From an uncultured Clostridia bacterium (GTDB taxonomy: Bacteria > Bacillota > Clostridia > Peptostreptococcales > Anaerovoracaceae): a stretch of DNA of 37,168 bases. The stretch is taken from positions 1-37,168 of the forward strand of contig CALZMV010000001.1 of NCBI GenBank assembly GCA_945788655.1, in the 5' to 3' direction. Positions 1 to 7,696 of this stretch are shown piece by piece (position 1 is the stretch's first letter; every line of letters starts with the position of its first letter). Below the pieces are notes generated by a model. That model made no database searches. It saw only the letters and a list, made by a program, of their open reading frames with translations, and was not told the origin of the DNA. The translations under genes were made by a program, and so were the position numbers.

Positions 1-1213
1 AGAAGAAGTGCTCTGCCACAGTTTCGTTGGCGATGAGCATGAACTCCTCTATAAGTCTGTTTGCAGTCCTTCTTGGTTCAACTTCGATTCTGATAGGCCT
101 CTCTTCTTCATCAACCTCGATGACTGCCTCCTCCAGATCAAAATCCAGACTTCCCTGCTGCTTTCTCTTTTGGCGAAGGATATCTGCAAGCTGACCCATC
201 TCCCTGATTTCCTCAAGGATAAATGCGTATTTATCGGATAGAACCTTGTCATCATTTTCAAGGATATCCGAAACGTCGTCATACACAAGCCTTGCACAGG
301 AGCGTATGACAGAGTTCTCTATTGTATGATTTATGACTTCACCCTTTTGATTGATTTCCATTATACAGGAAAGCGTCAGCCTGTCTTCCTTAGGGTTAAG
401 GCTGCAGATTCCATTGGAAAGAAGTTTTGGAAGCATAGGAACCACCCTATTGACCAGGTAAATGCTTGTACCTCTCTTAAGAGCCTCCTTGTCCAGGTTG
501 CTGTCCTCCTTTACATAGTGGCTTACATCTGCTATATGAACTCCCAAAAGGTAGTTTCCGTTTTCGAGTTTCTCTATGGAAACAGCATCGTCCAAATCCT
601 TGGCAGTTGGCCCATCTATAGTGAAAATCTTCTTGTCCCTTAAATCCAGTCTGCCATTTAATTCCTCAGGGAGAATGCCCTGCTTAAAGAGGAACTTTGC
701 CTCTGCATTGACGCGGCTTGGAAAGGTCTCAAACAATCCCCTGGATCTTATAAGGGCACTTATGTCTCCCCCTGCCTCTCCTGCTTTGGCGATGACCTGA
801 GTTATCCTGCCTTCTGCGCGGCTCAAGTTATCGGGATACTTTGTGATTTTTGCGACCACCTTATCTCCATCCTGTGCATTTTTAAAGAATTCCTTCTTTA
901 TAAACACATCATCGGGATTCTTTTTGTCATCGGAAACCACAAACCCGAATTTCTTATTCTTCTGAAAGGTTCCAACAACTTCTTTATAGTTTCGTTCTAA
1001 AACTTTGGTAACAATTCCTTCCTTAGACTTGTTCCAAAGATATGGCGGCAGCAGGTCGACCTCTACCAGGTCGCCATTCATTGCGCCATGCATATTGGAA
1101 GGTCCGATAAAAATATCTTCACCTTCACCCTGACGTACAAATCCAAAGCCTTTCGCATGTTTTTCAATTGTTCCGGTATAAACTTCCGGTCTTTTTTTCT
1201 TTTTTTTGCCCAT
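1..1213 (-). CDS. rnr: Ribonuclease R, N-terminal ~404 aa; the gene continues past the window start
   Basis: Absent from the ORF track because it runs off the window. My minus-strand translation from ATG 1213-1211 gives MGKKKKKRPEVYTGTIEKHAKGFGFVRQGEGEDIFIGPSNMHGAMNGDLVEV... and stays open to base 1 (...RLIEEFMLIANETVAEHFF). It has cold-shock/OB regions and RNB-domain motifs (FTIDGPTAKDLDDAVS, GVHIADVSHYV, RGTSIYLVNRVVPMLP, LSNGICSLNP). Confidence 0.88.
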   Translation of the reverse strand, partial: MGKKKKKRPEVYTGTIEKHAKGFGFVRQGEGEDIFIGPSNMHGAMNGDLVEVDLLPPYLWNKSKEGIVTKVLERNYKEVVGTFQKNKKFGFVVSDDKKNPDDVFIKKEFFKNAQDGDKVVAKITKYPDNLSRAEGRITQVIAKAGEAGGDISALIRSRGLFETFPSRVNAEAKFLFKQGILPEELNGRLDLRDKKIFTIDGPTAKDLDDAVSIEKLENGNYLLGVHIADVSHYVKEDSNLDKEALKRGTSIYLVNRVVPMLPKLLSNGICSLNPKEDRLTLSCIMEINQKGEVINHTIENSVIRSCARLVYDDVSDILENDDKVLSDKYAFILEEIREMGQLADILRQKRKQQGSLDFDLEEAVIEVDEEERPIRIEVEPRRTANRLIEEFMLIANETVAEHFF

Positions 1214-1228
1214 ACTTCTATTATACCT

Positions 1229-1268
1229 AAAAAAGTTAAAACCACCTAGCATATTTTTACCAGGTGGC
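1229..1268 (-). terminator. Candidate intrinsic terminator after the EIIC-like gene
   Basis: Minus-strand RNA forms CCACCU...AGGUGG (1267-1262 pairs with 1247-1242), a 6-bp stem with a 14-nt loop, followed by UUUUAACUUUUUU. The stem is weak. Confidence 0.4.
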
Positions 1269-1303
1269 ACAATCTTTAACTTTTTTATAGAAGTTTATAG
1301 AAG

Positions 1304-2359
1304 CTATACCTCTAATTTCATATCGCCATCGTTGATGAGTCCCTTCTTTCTCATGAGCTCTGATACTATGAGAGTAATAATGGCAGGTAAAATTATCTGT
1401 ATTGCTAAAATTTTTATTAATACCATAGAAGCCGGTTCTGTAGCTGTCATGGTTTCCATAGTCATAATCTGTCCGACTAGTCCGGCTGTACCCATTCCTG
1501 AACCTGTAGCGTTGTTTGTCATGTGAAGAACCATAGTTGAAACAGGTCCTAAAATAGCACTTGAAATAATGGCAGGCAGCCATATTATTGGCTTTCTCAT
1601 AATGTTTGGTACCTGAAGCATTGAAGTTCCTATGCCCTGAGCGATAAGTCCTCCCATTTTGTTCTCACGATAACTTGCAACTGCAAAGCCTACCATATTG
1701 CAGCAGCAGCCTACTGTAGCAGCACCCGCAGCAATTCCACCAAGGTTCAGTATTACGCCTAATGCAGCTGAACTGATTGGAAGCGTAAGAATCATTCCCA
1801 TCAGCACTGATACCACAATTCCCATGATGAAAGGCTGCTGTTCTGTTCCCCAGTTGATAAGGTTTCCGAGAGCAAGCATAAACTGTGAAATTGGTGGTCC
1901 AAGAATCAGGCCAACCACTGAGCCTGCACCGATTGTAACGAGCGGTGTAACCAGAATATCTACCTTTGTCTTGCCTGTTACTAACAATCCCAGTTCAATA
2001 CCTACATAAGCTGCAAGAAATGCTCCCAAAGGTTCGCCCGGTCCCGCCAGCACGATAGTTCCTTCCACCAGAACTGTTCCTGCCAGAAGTTTGCTTGCAA
2101 ATGCCCCTATCATACCGGAAATTCCTGCAGAGACAACAACCAGAGGACTTGCCTTATATCTGCAGGCAACTCCCACACCGATACCTGCGCCTGTCATAGC
2201 CGCAGCCACCTTTCCTAAAAGGAAAATCATTTCTCCTGTGGAGCCGCCTATTAAATTACCAATCTGCTGTATGATGGTTCCCACTATAAGTGTTGCAAAC
2301 AGGCCTTGTGCCATGCCTGTCAAACCATCGATAAAAATCCTGTTAAAATACTTCTTCAT
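1304..2359 (-). CDS. Polytopic membrane protein, PTS EIIC-2-like family (about 350-aa proteins usually annotated PTS transporter subunit IIC)
   Basis: 351-aa ORF with an AGAGGAGAG RBS just upstream of the ATG. It is Gly/Ala-rich with about 10 hydrophobic segments (MKKYFNRIFIDGLTGMAQGLFATLIVGTIIQQIG...). The family call is from memory of similar proteins and was not searched. Confidence 0.6.
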   Translation of the reverse strand: MKKYFNRIFIDGLTGMAQGLFATLIVGTIIQQIGNLIGGSTGEMIFLLGKVAAAMTGAGIGVGVACRYKASPLVVVSAGISGMIGAFASKLLAGTVLVEGTIVLAGPGEPLGAFLAAYVGIELGLLVTGKTKVDILVTPLVTIGAGSVVGLILGPPISQFMLALGNLINWGTEQQPFIMGIVVSVLMGMILTLPISSAALGVILNLGGIAAGAATVGCCCNMVGFAVASYRENKMGGLIAQGIGTSMLQVPNIMRKPIIWLPAIISSAILGPVSTMVLHMTNNATGSGMGTAGLVGQIMTMETMTATEPASMVLIKILAIQIILPAIITLIVSELMRKKGLINDGDMKLEV

Positions 2360-2386
2360 CTAACTCTCCTCTAAACAAATCATAAT

Positions 2387-2408
2387 TTGATGCATTGATT
2401 GATGCATT
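2387..2408. repeat. Tandem direct repeat TTGATGCATT-GA-TTGATGCATT (12-bp period, each unit containing the palindrome ATGCAT)
   Basis: Read directly at 2387-2396 and 2399-2408. It lies 28-49 nt upstream of the EIIC-like start codon, between the upstream terminator and the RBS. Confidence 0.85.
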
Positions 2409-2417
2409 ATCTGACGC

Positions 2418-2476
2418 ATAAAAAGAGACAACATCTTCAAGATATATGTCTTGACATATATCTTAACAGATGTCGC
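2418..2476 (-). terminator. Intrinsic terminator of the xpt / ABC-F transcription unit
   Basis: Minus-strand RNA is GACAUCUGUUAAGAUAUAUGUC-AA-GACAUAUAUCUUGAAGAUGUUGUC. It has 12 perfect bp plus about 6 more after an internal loop, followed by UCUCUUUUUAU. It sits about 80 nt after the ABC-F stop. Confidence 0.7.
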
Positions 2477-2558
2477 CTCTATGTGCAAGTTTTTGTTTTG
2501 ATACAGTGCTATTGCAGGATTTCAGCAGTTTTTTAATGCTTCACGGCTGTATTATTTT

Positions 2559-4145
2559 CTATGCTTCTCCAATATATTCTTCGTAGGTGCATAGCCTGTC
2601 TGTAAGTTTTCCGTCAGGACCGATTTCCATAATTCTATTGGCAATAGTCTGAATAAATTCATGGTCGTGGGAGGCAAACAGAATGTTCCCCTTAAATGCT
2701 ATCAGACCTTCATTTACTGCAGTGATGGATTCAAGGTCCAGATGGTTGGTAGGCTGATCCATAACCAGTACATTTGAACCATAAAGCATCATTCTTGAAA
2801 GCATGCAGCGCACCTTCTCGCCTCCTGAAAGCACCTGAACCTCCTTATATACATCGTCCCCTGAGAAAAGCATTCTTCCAAGGAATCCTCTCATGAAAGT
2901 TTCTGTAGTTTCCTTAGTATACTGACCAAGCCATTCTATAAGGTTCATGCTGCATCCGTTAAAGTATGCAGAATTATCCATAGGAAAATATGATGTTGAA
3001 ATTGTGATTCCCCACTTGTAAGATCCTTCATCAGGCTCCATTTCTCCCATGATTATCTTAAACAATGTAGTGTTTGCTATTTCATTTTCTCCCACAAAGG
3101 CAATCTTGTCGTCTTTATTTACTCTGAAAGAAACGTTATCAAGAACCTTTACACCATCGATGGTCTTTGAAATGTTTTCTACTACAAGAATTTCCTTGCC
3201 GGGTTCTCTATCCATATTGAAACCTACAAAAGGATATCTTCTCGATGATGCCGGCATTTCTTCTACAGTCAGCTTGTCAAGCAGCTTACGGCGGCTTGTT
3301 GCCTGCTTTGCCTTAGATTTGTTTGCTGAGAATCGCTGAATGAAGGCCTGCAGCTCCTTTATCTTGTCTGCATTTTTCTTGTTCTGGTCTTTAATCATCT
3401 TCTGAATAAGCTGGCTGGATTCATACCAGAACTCATAGTTACCTACGTACATCTTAATCTTGCCGTAGTCCACATCAACGATATTTGTACAAACCGTATT
3501 AAGGAAATGTCTGTCATGAGATACCACTATTACAGTTCCGTCATAGTCCATCAGAAAGTCTTCAAGCCATTCAATGGCCCTTACATCGAGATGGTTTGTC
3601 GGTTCGTCCAAAAGAATAATTCCCGGATGTCCAAAGAGAGCCTGCGCAAGAAGAACTTTAACCTTTTCCTTACCAGTTAATCCTGACATCTGAGCATACA
3701 GGATATCATTGGAAAGGCCTAGCCCCTGAATAAGTCTGCTGACATCTGATTCAGCTTCCCATCCATCCATCTCTGCAAATTCTGCCTCAAGCTCAGCTGC
3801 ACGGATTCCATCCTCATCGGTAAACTCTTCTTTCATATATATGGCATCTTTTTCCTTCATTACCTGATAAAGACGTTCATTTCCCATGATTACGGTGTCG
3901 AGAACTGTATATTCATCGTAGGCGAAGTGGTCCTGCTTCAGAACAGACATACGCACTCCCGGTTTGATGGAAACGCTTCCTGTAGTAGGCTCAAGGTTTC
4001 CTGACAATACCCTTAAAAATGTGGATTTGCCCGCCCCATTTGCTCCTATTATTCCGTAGCAGTTGCCCGGTGTGAACATAAGGTCAACATCTTTAAACAG
4101 AGTCTGACCACTGAAATTTACGCTAACATTTGTTACTGTTATCAC
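2559..4145 (-). CDS. ABC-F family ATPase (YbiT-like: two tandem ABC domains, no membrane domain)
   Basis: 528 aa with a GTG start and an AAAGGAGA RBS. NBD1 has GANGAGKST and ILLLDEPTNHLD. The inter-domain linker reads ...FIQRFSANKSKAKQATSRRKLLDKL.... NBD2 has LSGGEKVR and SHDHEF. It is close to E. coli YbiT as I recall it. Confidence 0.9.
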   Translation of the reverse strand: MITVTNVSVNFSGQTLFKDVDLMFTPGNCYGIIGANGAGKSTFLRVLSGNLEPTTGSVSIKPGVRMSVLKQDHFAYDEYTVLDTVIMGNERLYQVMKEKDAIYMKEEFTDEDGIRAAELEAEFAEMDGWEAESDVSRLIQGLGLSNDILYAQMSGLTGKEKVKVLLAQALFGHPGIILLDEPTNHLDVRAIEWLEDFLMDYDGTVIVVSHDRHFLNTVCTNIVDVDYGKIKMYVGNYEFWYESSQLIQKMIKDQNKKNADKIKELQAFIQRFSANKSKAKQATSRRKLLDKLTVEEMPASSRRYPFVGFNMDREPGKEILVVENISKTIDGVKVLDNVSFRVNKDDKIAFVGENEIANTTLFKIIMGEMEPDEGSYKWGITISTSYFPMDNSAYFNGCSMNLIEWLGQYTKETTETFMRGFLGRMLFSGDDVYKEVQVLSGGEKVRCMLSRMMLYGSNVLVMDQPTNHLDLESITAVNEGLIAFKGNILFASHDHEFIQTIANRIMEIGPDGKLTDRLCTYEEYIGEA

Positions 4146-4170
4146 TAATTACTTTCTCCTTTATATATTA

Positions 4171-4758
4171 TTATTTTTCCTGCGCACGGAAGGTAATTTC
4201 CCCCGTTTCGCTATCCATGGCATCAACTATAGCCAGTGATTCTAACTGATAACCCAGATTTCTGATAACCTGTCCGCCAGACTGGAAGCCCTTTTCAATG
4301 GCAATGCCAATGCCTTCAACGGTTGCACCTGCCTGCTTCACAATCTGAATCAGACCCTGGAGAGCACATCCGTTTGCAAGGAAGTCATCAATAAGCAGAA
4401 CCTTATCTCCTTCATTTAAGAATTTCTTAGAAACGATAACCTGATTTTTGTTTTTATGTGTGAAGGACTCAACTTCAGCGGTGTACATATCCCCATCTAT
4501 GTTGATACTCTTTGATTTCTTTGCAAATACTACCGGAACATTAAAGTGTCTTGCAACCATACATGCAATTCCGATTCCTGAAGCTTCAATTGTAAGAATC
4601 TTGTTTATTTCTTTGCCTTCAAAACGCTTCTTGTATTCTGCGCCCATCTGGTCAAAAAGTTCAATATCCATCTGGTGATTTAAAAAGGCGTCCACCTTAA
4701 GGACATTGCCTTCTTTTACAACTCCATCTTTAATTATTCTTTCTTCTAGGAAATTCAT
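4171..4758 (-). CDS. xpt: Xanthine phosphoribosyltransferase
   Basis: 195 aa: [31 protein letters not shown]...[12 protein letters not shown]...[13 protein letters not shown] (PRPP-binding loop). It lies 25 nt upstream of the ABC-F gene, so the two are probably co-transcribed. Confidence 0.92.
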   Translation of the reverse strand: MNFLEERIIKDGVVKEGNVLKVDAFLNHQMDIELFDQMGAEYKKRFEGKEINKILTIEASGIGIACMVARHFNVPVVFAKKSKSINIDGDMYTAEVESFTHKNKNQVIVSKKFLNEGDKVLLIDDFLANGCALQGLIQIVKQAGATVEGIGIAIEKGFQSGGQVIRNLGYQLESLAIVDAMDSETGEITFRAQEK

Positions 4759-4842
4759 TTTAACACTCTCTTTCTATGTTGATATTAGTACTTTGGATAT
4801 TACGATTTAAATAACATGAATGTATTCAAATCACACTATTTC

Positions 4843-4871
4843 ATTATATCTTATCCTATTGTCCGCTTCAA
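4843..4871 (-). promoter_or_regulatory. Sigma-A-type promoter for xpt
   Basis: Minus-strand TTGAAG (4871-4866), a 17-nt spacer, then TATAAT (4848-4843). This gives a 5' UTR of about 78 nt. Confidence 0.6.
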
Positions 4872-4888
4872 CAACATTGTGCTATAAT
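4859..4888 (+). promoter_or_regulatory. Sigma-A-type promoter for the 665-aa methyltransferase-fusion gene
   Basis: TTGTCC (4859-4864), an 18-nt spacer, then an extended -10 TGcTATAAT (4880-4888). A GGAG RBS lies 7 nt before ATG 4932. The -35 is back-to-back with the xpt -35. Confidence 0.55.
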
Positions 4889-4931
4889 AGTTCAAAATTA
4901 ACCTGTATATTCAACAAAGCTGGAGATTCTT

Positions 4932-6929
4932 ATGAACTATAACTATCCTGACAAAAATGATGCACTGACGGCAAACCTCATCGATTCTGAGTTTGAAGAC
5001 GTATATTGGATGAAAAGTGAAGACAAAGTAATCGAAGAGGCTATAAATGCCATAAAAAACCTACCCGAAAGAAACGGCAAGAAAAAGCTTCTGGATTTGG
5101 GTTGCGGCATGGGACGCCTTATTCCGGTCTTTGCACCATATGTAAACAGCATTACTGCCGTAGAACCTGATCATAATCGCTACGTTGAAGCCGTTTTAAG
5201 CGGCAACGAAAGTTCCATAAAACACGACATGGACATTGAGGTTATAAATGGTGATATTGATGCTATTTCTTCTAACGAGAAATTTGATGTAATTCTTTCA
5301 AGCCACGTTCTGCAGCATATCAGTCGTGATATGGCCATCGAAATCATGGAAAAAATGTCAGAAAGGCTTGAAGAAGGCGGTTTGCTCATAATAACTACCA
5401 CATATACCGATAAAGCGCAGGATTGTTTTTTTAAAGAAAGCTGGGATAACGGCAAAAGACAAAGTATCCCAATAACTTGCGACCAATTTGATGATGTTTT
5501 CAGCAGAGGTGATGAGCTGCCTGTAAGAATGTTCTCAAGGAATACAATTGAAAGCCTTACCTCAAATAAAAATCTGACTCTCAGCACTTGCCTCTGCTAT
5601 CACTTTAAAGGTCACAACAGCCCCAAGCAGGACGCAGATGCCAACAATCAGGGTAACACTGAAGCTGCAAGAGATATCATGTATATTTTTAAAAAGCAGG
5701 AAACCTTAATAGATGCCAACATCGCTTACAGATATAATTTCAGCATATCCGGTGTTTCCTCTGATATTTCATCACAACGCAGGAATTTTAAGCAGCTTAT
5801 AAAGGATAAGTTCGGCAATGCTGTCTTTTTAGACGATGACAATTACTGTTCTGATCCCGTTTTAAGAGATTTATCCATATGTCAGGGGTTTCTCCATGGA
5901 GATGGTCTTCCATTTGAGTGCCAAAGAGCAATAATTAGAGATTATAAGCTATCCTTTGAAGGATTTGATGTAATTGATTCAGGAGTTTTAATATCTTTTT
6001 TCCCTGAAACTTTGACATGCCAGCTTTCTGTAAACCTCAGCATCAGGAATACCAGCATTGACAGTCTTATATATATGCGCCATGTTCAGTCAAACGGTGC
6101 CAAAATGAGAAACAAAGACGGCAGGCTGCTGTCAGCTACAGAAATATATCATGAAATTTCTTCTGTGTTCAAAACCGGAGCAGAAGACCTGGAAAAAACC
6201 TATTATGTTGAAATCAAGAAAATCGGCGAAGAAACCAACGCAGATGCTGTCATTGAGAAATATCCAAAGGCACTGTACGGAATTATGTGCGGTGACGAAG
6301 GCTGGCGCCATGTGCCGGCTGAGCTGGCTGCCGAAAGGCTTACAAACTGCTGGGGAAGCAGGGAATTTGTAAAACTGGTTTCATTTGGCTCAAACAACAT
6401 GCTTCTCAATCTGAACACTTCGCTGGTTGCCAAAGCATATGTAGAAAATCGCCGCACATTTGACAACAAATTTTACGGCGACATAAATGAATACTTTCTA
6501 ATTGACTCAAGCTTTGCAGGAATCAACCATGGAATTATTTTTTCTCTGGAGCTGGTAATGGTGATAAAGACCATATGCAACCGCATCCTTCGCCAACAGT
6601 CAAAACTGCACATGAATGAAGGCAAAGGCATACAGCAAAGTATAAATATAAAAGAAGCTAGGCTTTTCAGAGCGGAGCTCCTCACTACTCTGCACAAGGT
6701 AGAAAATCTAGCTTTAACAGAACTTGGAGAAATGGAAAAGGTACTTCTGACAAGCCATCAGATAAATCCTATTGTGGACAAGATAAAATATCTGCTGGAA
6801 CTGATAGAATCTGAACTTGATCTCTTGTATCAGAACAGCACCAACAGATTGATCAACATCCTTACAGTTACCGGACTGGTACTTTCCTTTGTAAGTGTTG
6901 CATCTCAAATCTACAGCTTGATCTGCTAG
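4932..6929 (+). CDS. Class-I SAM-dependent methyltransferase domain (aa ~45-255) fused to a ~400-aa uncharacterised domain with a C-terminal transmembrane anchor
   Basis: 665-aa ORF with its own promoter and RBS. Methyltransferase motifs are KKLLDLGCGMGRL, ITAVEPD, FDVILSSHVLQHI and EEGGLLIITT. The C-terminal 26 aa (LINILTVTGLVLSFVSVASQIYSLIC) are hydrophobic. I recognise no family for aa 256-640. Confidence 0.85.
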   Translation: MNYNYPDKNDALTANLIDSEFEDVYWMKSEDKVIEEAINAIKNLPERNGKKKLLDLGCGMGRLIPVFAPYVNSITAVEPDHNRYVEAVLSGNESSIKHDMDIEVINGDIDAISSNEKFDVILSSHVLQHISRDMAIEIMEKMSERLEEGGLLIITTTYTDKAQDCFFKESWDNGKRQSIPITCDQFDDVFSRGDELPVRMFSRNTIESLTSNKNLTLSTCLCYHFKGHNSPKQDADANNQGNTEAARDIMYIFKKQETLIDANIAYRYNFSISGVSSDISSQRRNFKQLIKDKFGNAVFLDDDNYCSDPVLRDLSICQGFLHGDGLPFECQRAIIRDYKLSFEGFDVIDSGVLISFFPETLTCQLSVNLSIRNTSIDSLIYMRHVQSNGAKMRNKDGRLLSATEIYHEISSVFKTGAEDLEKTYYVEIKKIGEETNADAVIEKYPKALYGIMCGDEGWRHVPAELAAERLTNCWGSREFVKLVSFGSNNMLLNLNTSLVAKAYVENRRTFDNKFYGDINEYFLIDSSFAGINHGIIFSLELVMVIKTICNRILRQQSKLHMNEGKGIQQSINIKEARLFRAELLTTLHKVENLALTELGEMEKVLLTSHQINPIVDKIKYLLELIESELDLLYQNSTNRLINILTVTGLVLSFVSVASQIYSLIC

Positions 6930-6943
6930 AATTGCCTTGGTAA

Positions 6944-7600
6944 TTAATAGTGTAATGAAAAATGGTTTTTTTCAAAGGTAAGAAGACCCTCATCGCGCAT
7001 CTTACACAGTTCATTTGACATTGCACTTCTGTCTACAGACAGAAAATCCGCTAACTGCTGACGATTAAAGGGAATCGCAAAACTGCCGGTTCCCTGTTTT
7101 TTTGCTTCGTCAGAGAGGTAAGAAATGAGTTTTTCTCTTGTTGTTCGCTGTGACATGTGACCAAGTTTCTGCACAAGGGCTCTGTTCTTTTCGGAAATGG
7201 CAAAGAAAAGATTCTGCATAACCATGGAGTGAAACCTGCATGCATTGGAGCAGGTTGTCAGTATCCTGTTAACATCAAAGAGAATAACTGTACTATCGTC
7301 TGCTGCTACTACATCATTTAAGATGACTCCGCTGTCAGGTGCTATATAGGCTTCTCCAAACATCTCTCCTACGCTTATTCTGTTTATTATGCTTCGGTTG
7401 CCCCAGTAATCATCTCTCTGAATATGAAGTCCTCCTTCAACCAGAATGCATATGTTGTCTATGTTTTCCCCTTGCCTGAAGACATATTCCCCTTTTTTGT
7501 ATGCTCTCGTCTTTGCACTGAGACAATCAAGCATGAGTTTTATTTCCTCTTCATCAACACCAGAAAACATCTTTGTTTTCTTTAAAATATGAATAAACAT
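6944..7600 (-). CDS. Crp/Fnr-family transcriptional regulator
   Basis: 218 aa with an N-terminal cNMP-binding-like beta-roll (FSGVDEEEI...YVFRQGE...GEMFGE). It has a C-terminal HTH (REKLISYLSDEAKKQG...IPFNRQQLADFLSVDRSAMSNELCKMRDEGLL). An AAGGAGAG RBS is present. Confidence 0.9.
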   Translation of the reverse strand: MFIHILKKTKMFSGVDEEEIKLMLDCLSAKTRAYKKGEYVFRQGENIDNICILVEGGLHIQRDDYWGNRSIINRISVGEMFGEAYIAPDSGVILNDVVAADDSTVILFDVNRILTTCSNACRFHSMVMQNLFFAISEKNRALVQKLGHMSQRTTREKLISYLSDEAKKQGTGSFAIPFNRQQLADFLSVDRSAMSNELCKMRDEGLLTFEKNHFSLHY

Positions 7601-7642
7601 TTTTCTCTCCTTCTGCTAAAAAAACAACCTGCTAATATCAGT

Positions 7643-7673
7643 AAAGGCCGACACCGCTTAAGTGCCAGCCTTT
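7643..7673 (-). terminator. Stem-loop between the arginase and regulator genes (weak terminator or processing/stability element)
   Basis: 11-bp stem (7644-7654 pairs with 7662-7672). On the minus-strand RNA it contains two G-U pairs, which would be C-A mismatches on the plus strand. No immediate U-tract follows, so read-through into the regulator gene is likely. Confidence 0.35.
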
Positions 7674-7696
7674 TCTTATTATATATGAAATTATTT

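Noticed and set aside
1214-1225. TATAAT lies only 6 nt upstream of the rnr ATG, which could suggest a leaderless rnr mRNA.
   Set aside because: There is no -35 or TG extension. The hexamer may be coincidental in an AT-rich spacer. This cannot be supported without 5'-end data.
1206-2363. Several 90-108-aa ORFs on both strands (1206-1526, 1257-1583, 1698-2009, 2091-2363) overlapping the EIIC-like gene.
   Set aside because: These are alternative or antisense frames of a Gly/Ala-rich membrane-protein gene. They have no RBS, and the 351-aa frame explains the region.
4759-4842. Looked for a purine (guanine/xanthine) riboswitch or PurR box in the xpt 5' UTR, as found upstream of xpt in Bacillus.
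   Set aside because: The predicted leader is only about 78 nt. It lacks the conserved aptamer junction sequences and any P1/P2/P3 three-way architecture. The only structure is a 5-bp AT-rich palindrome (TGAAT-AC-ATTCA).
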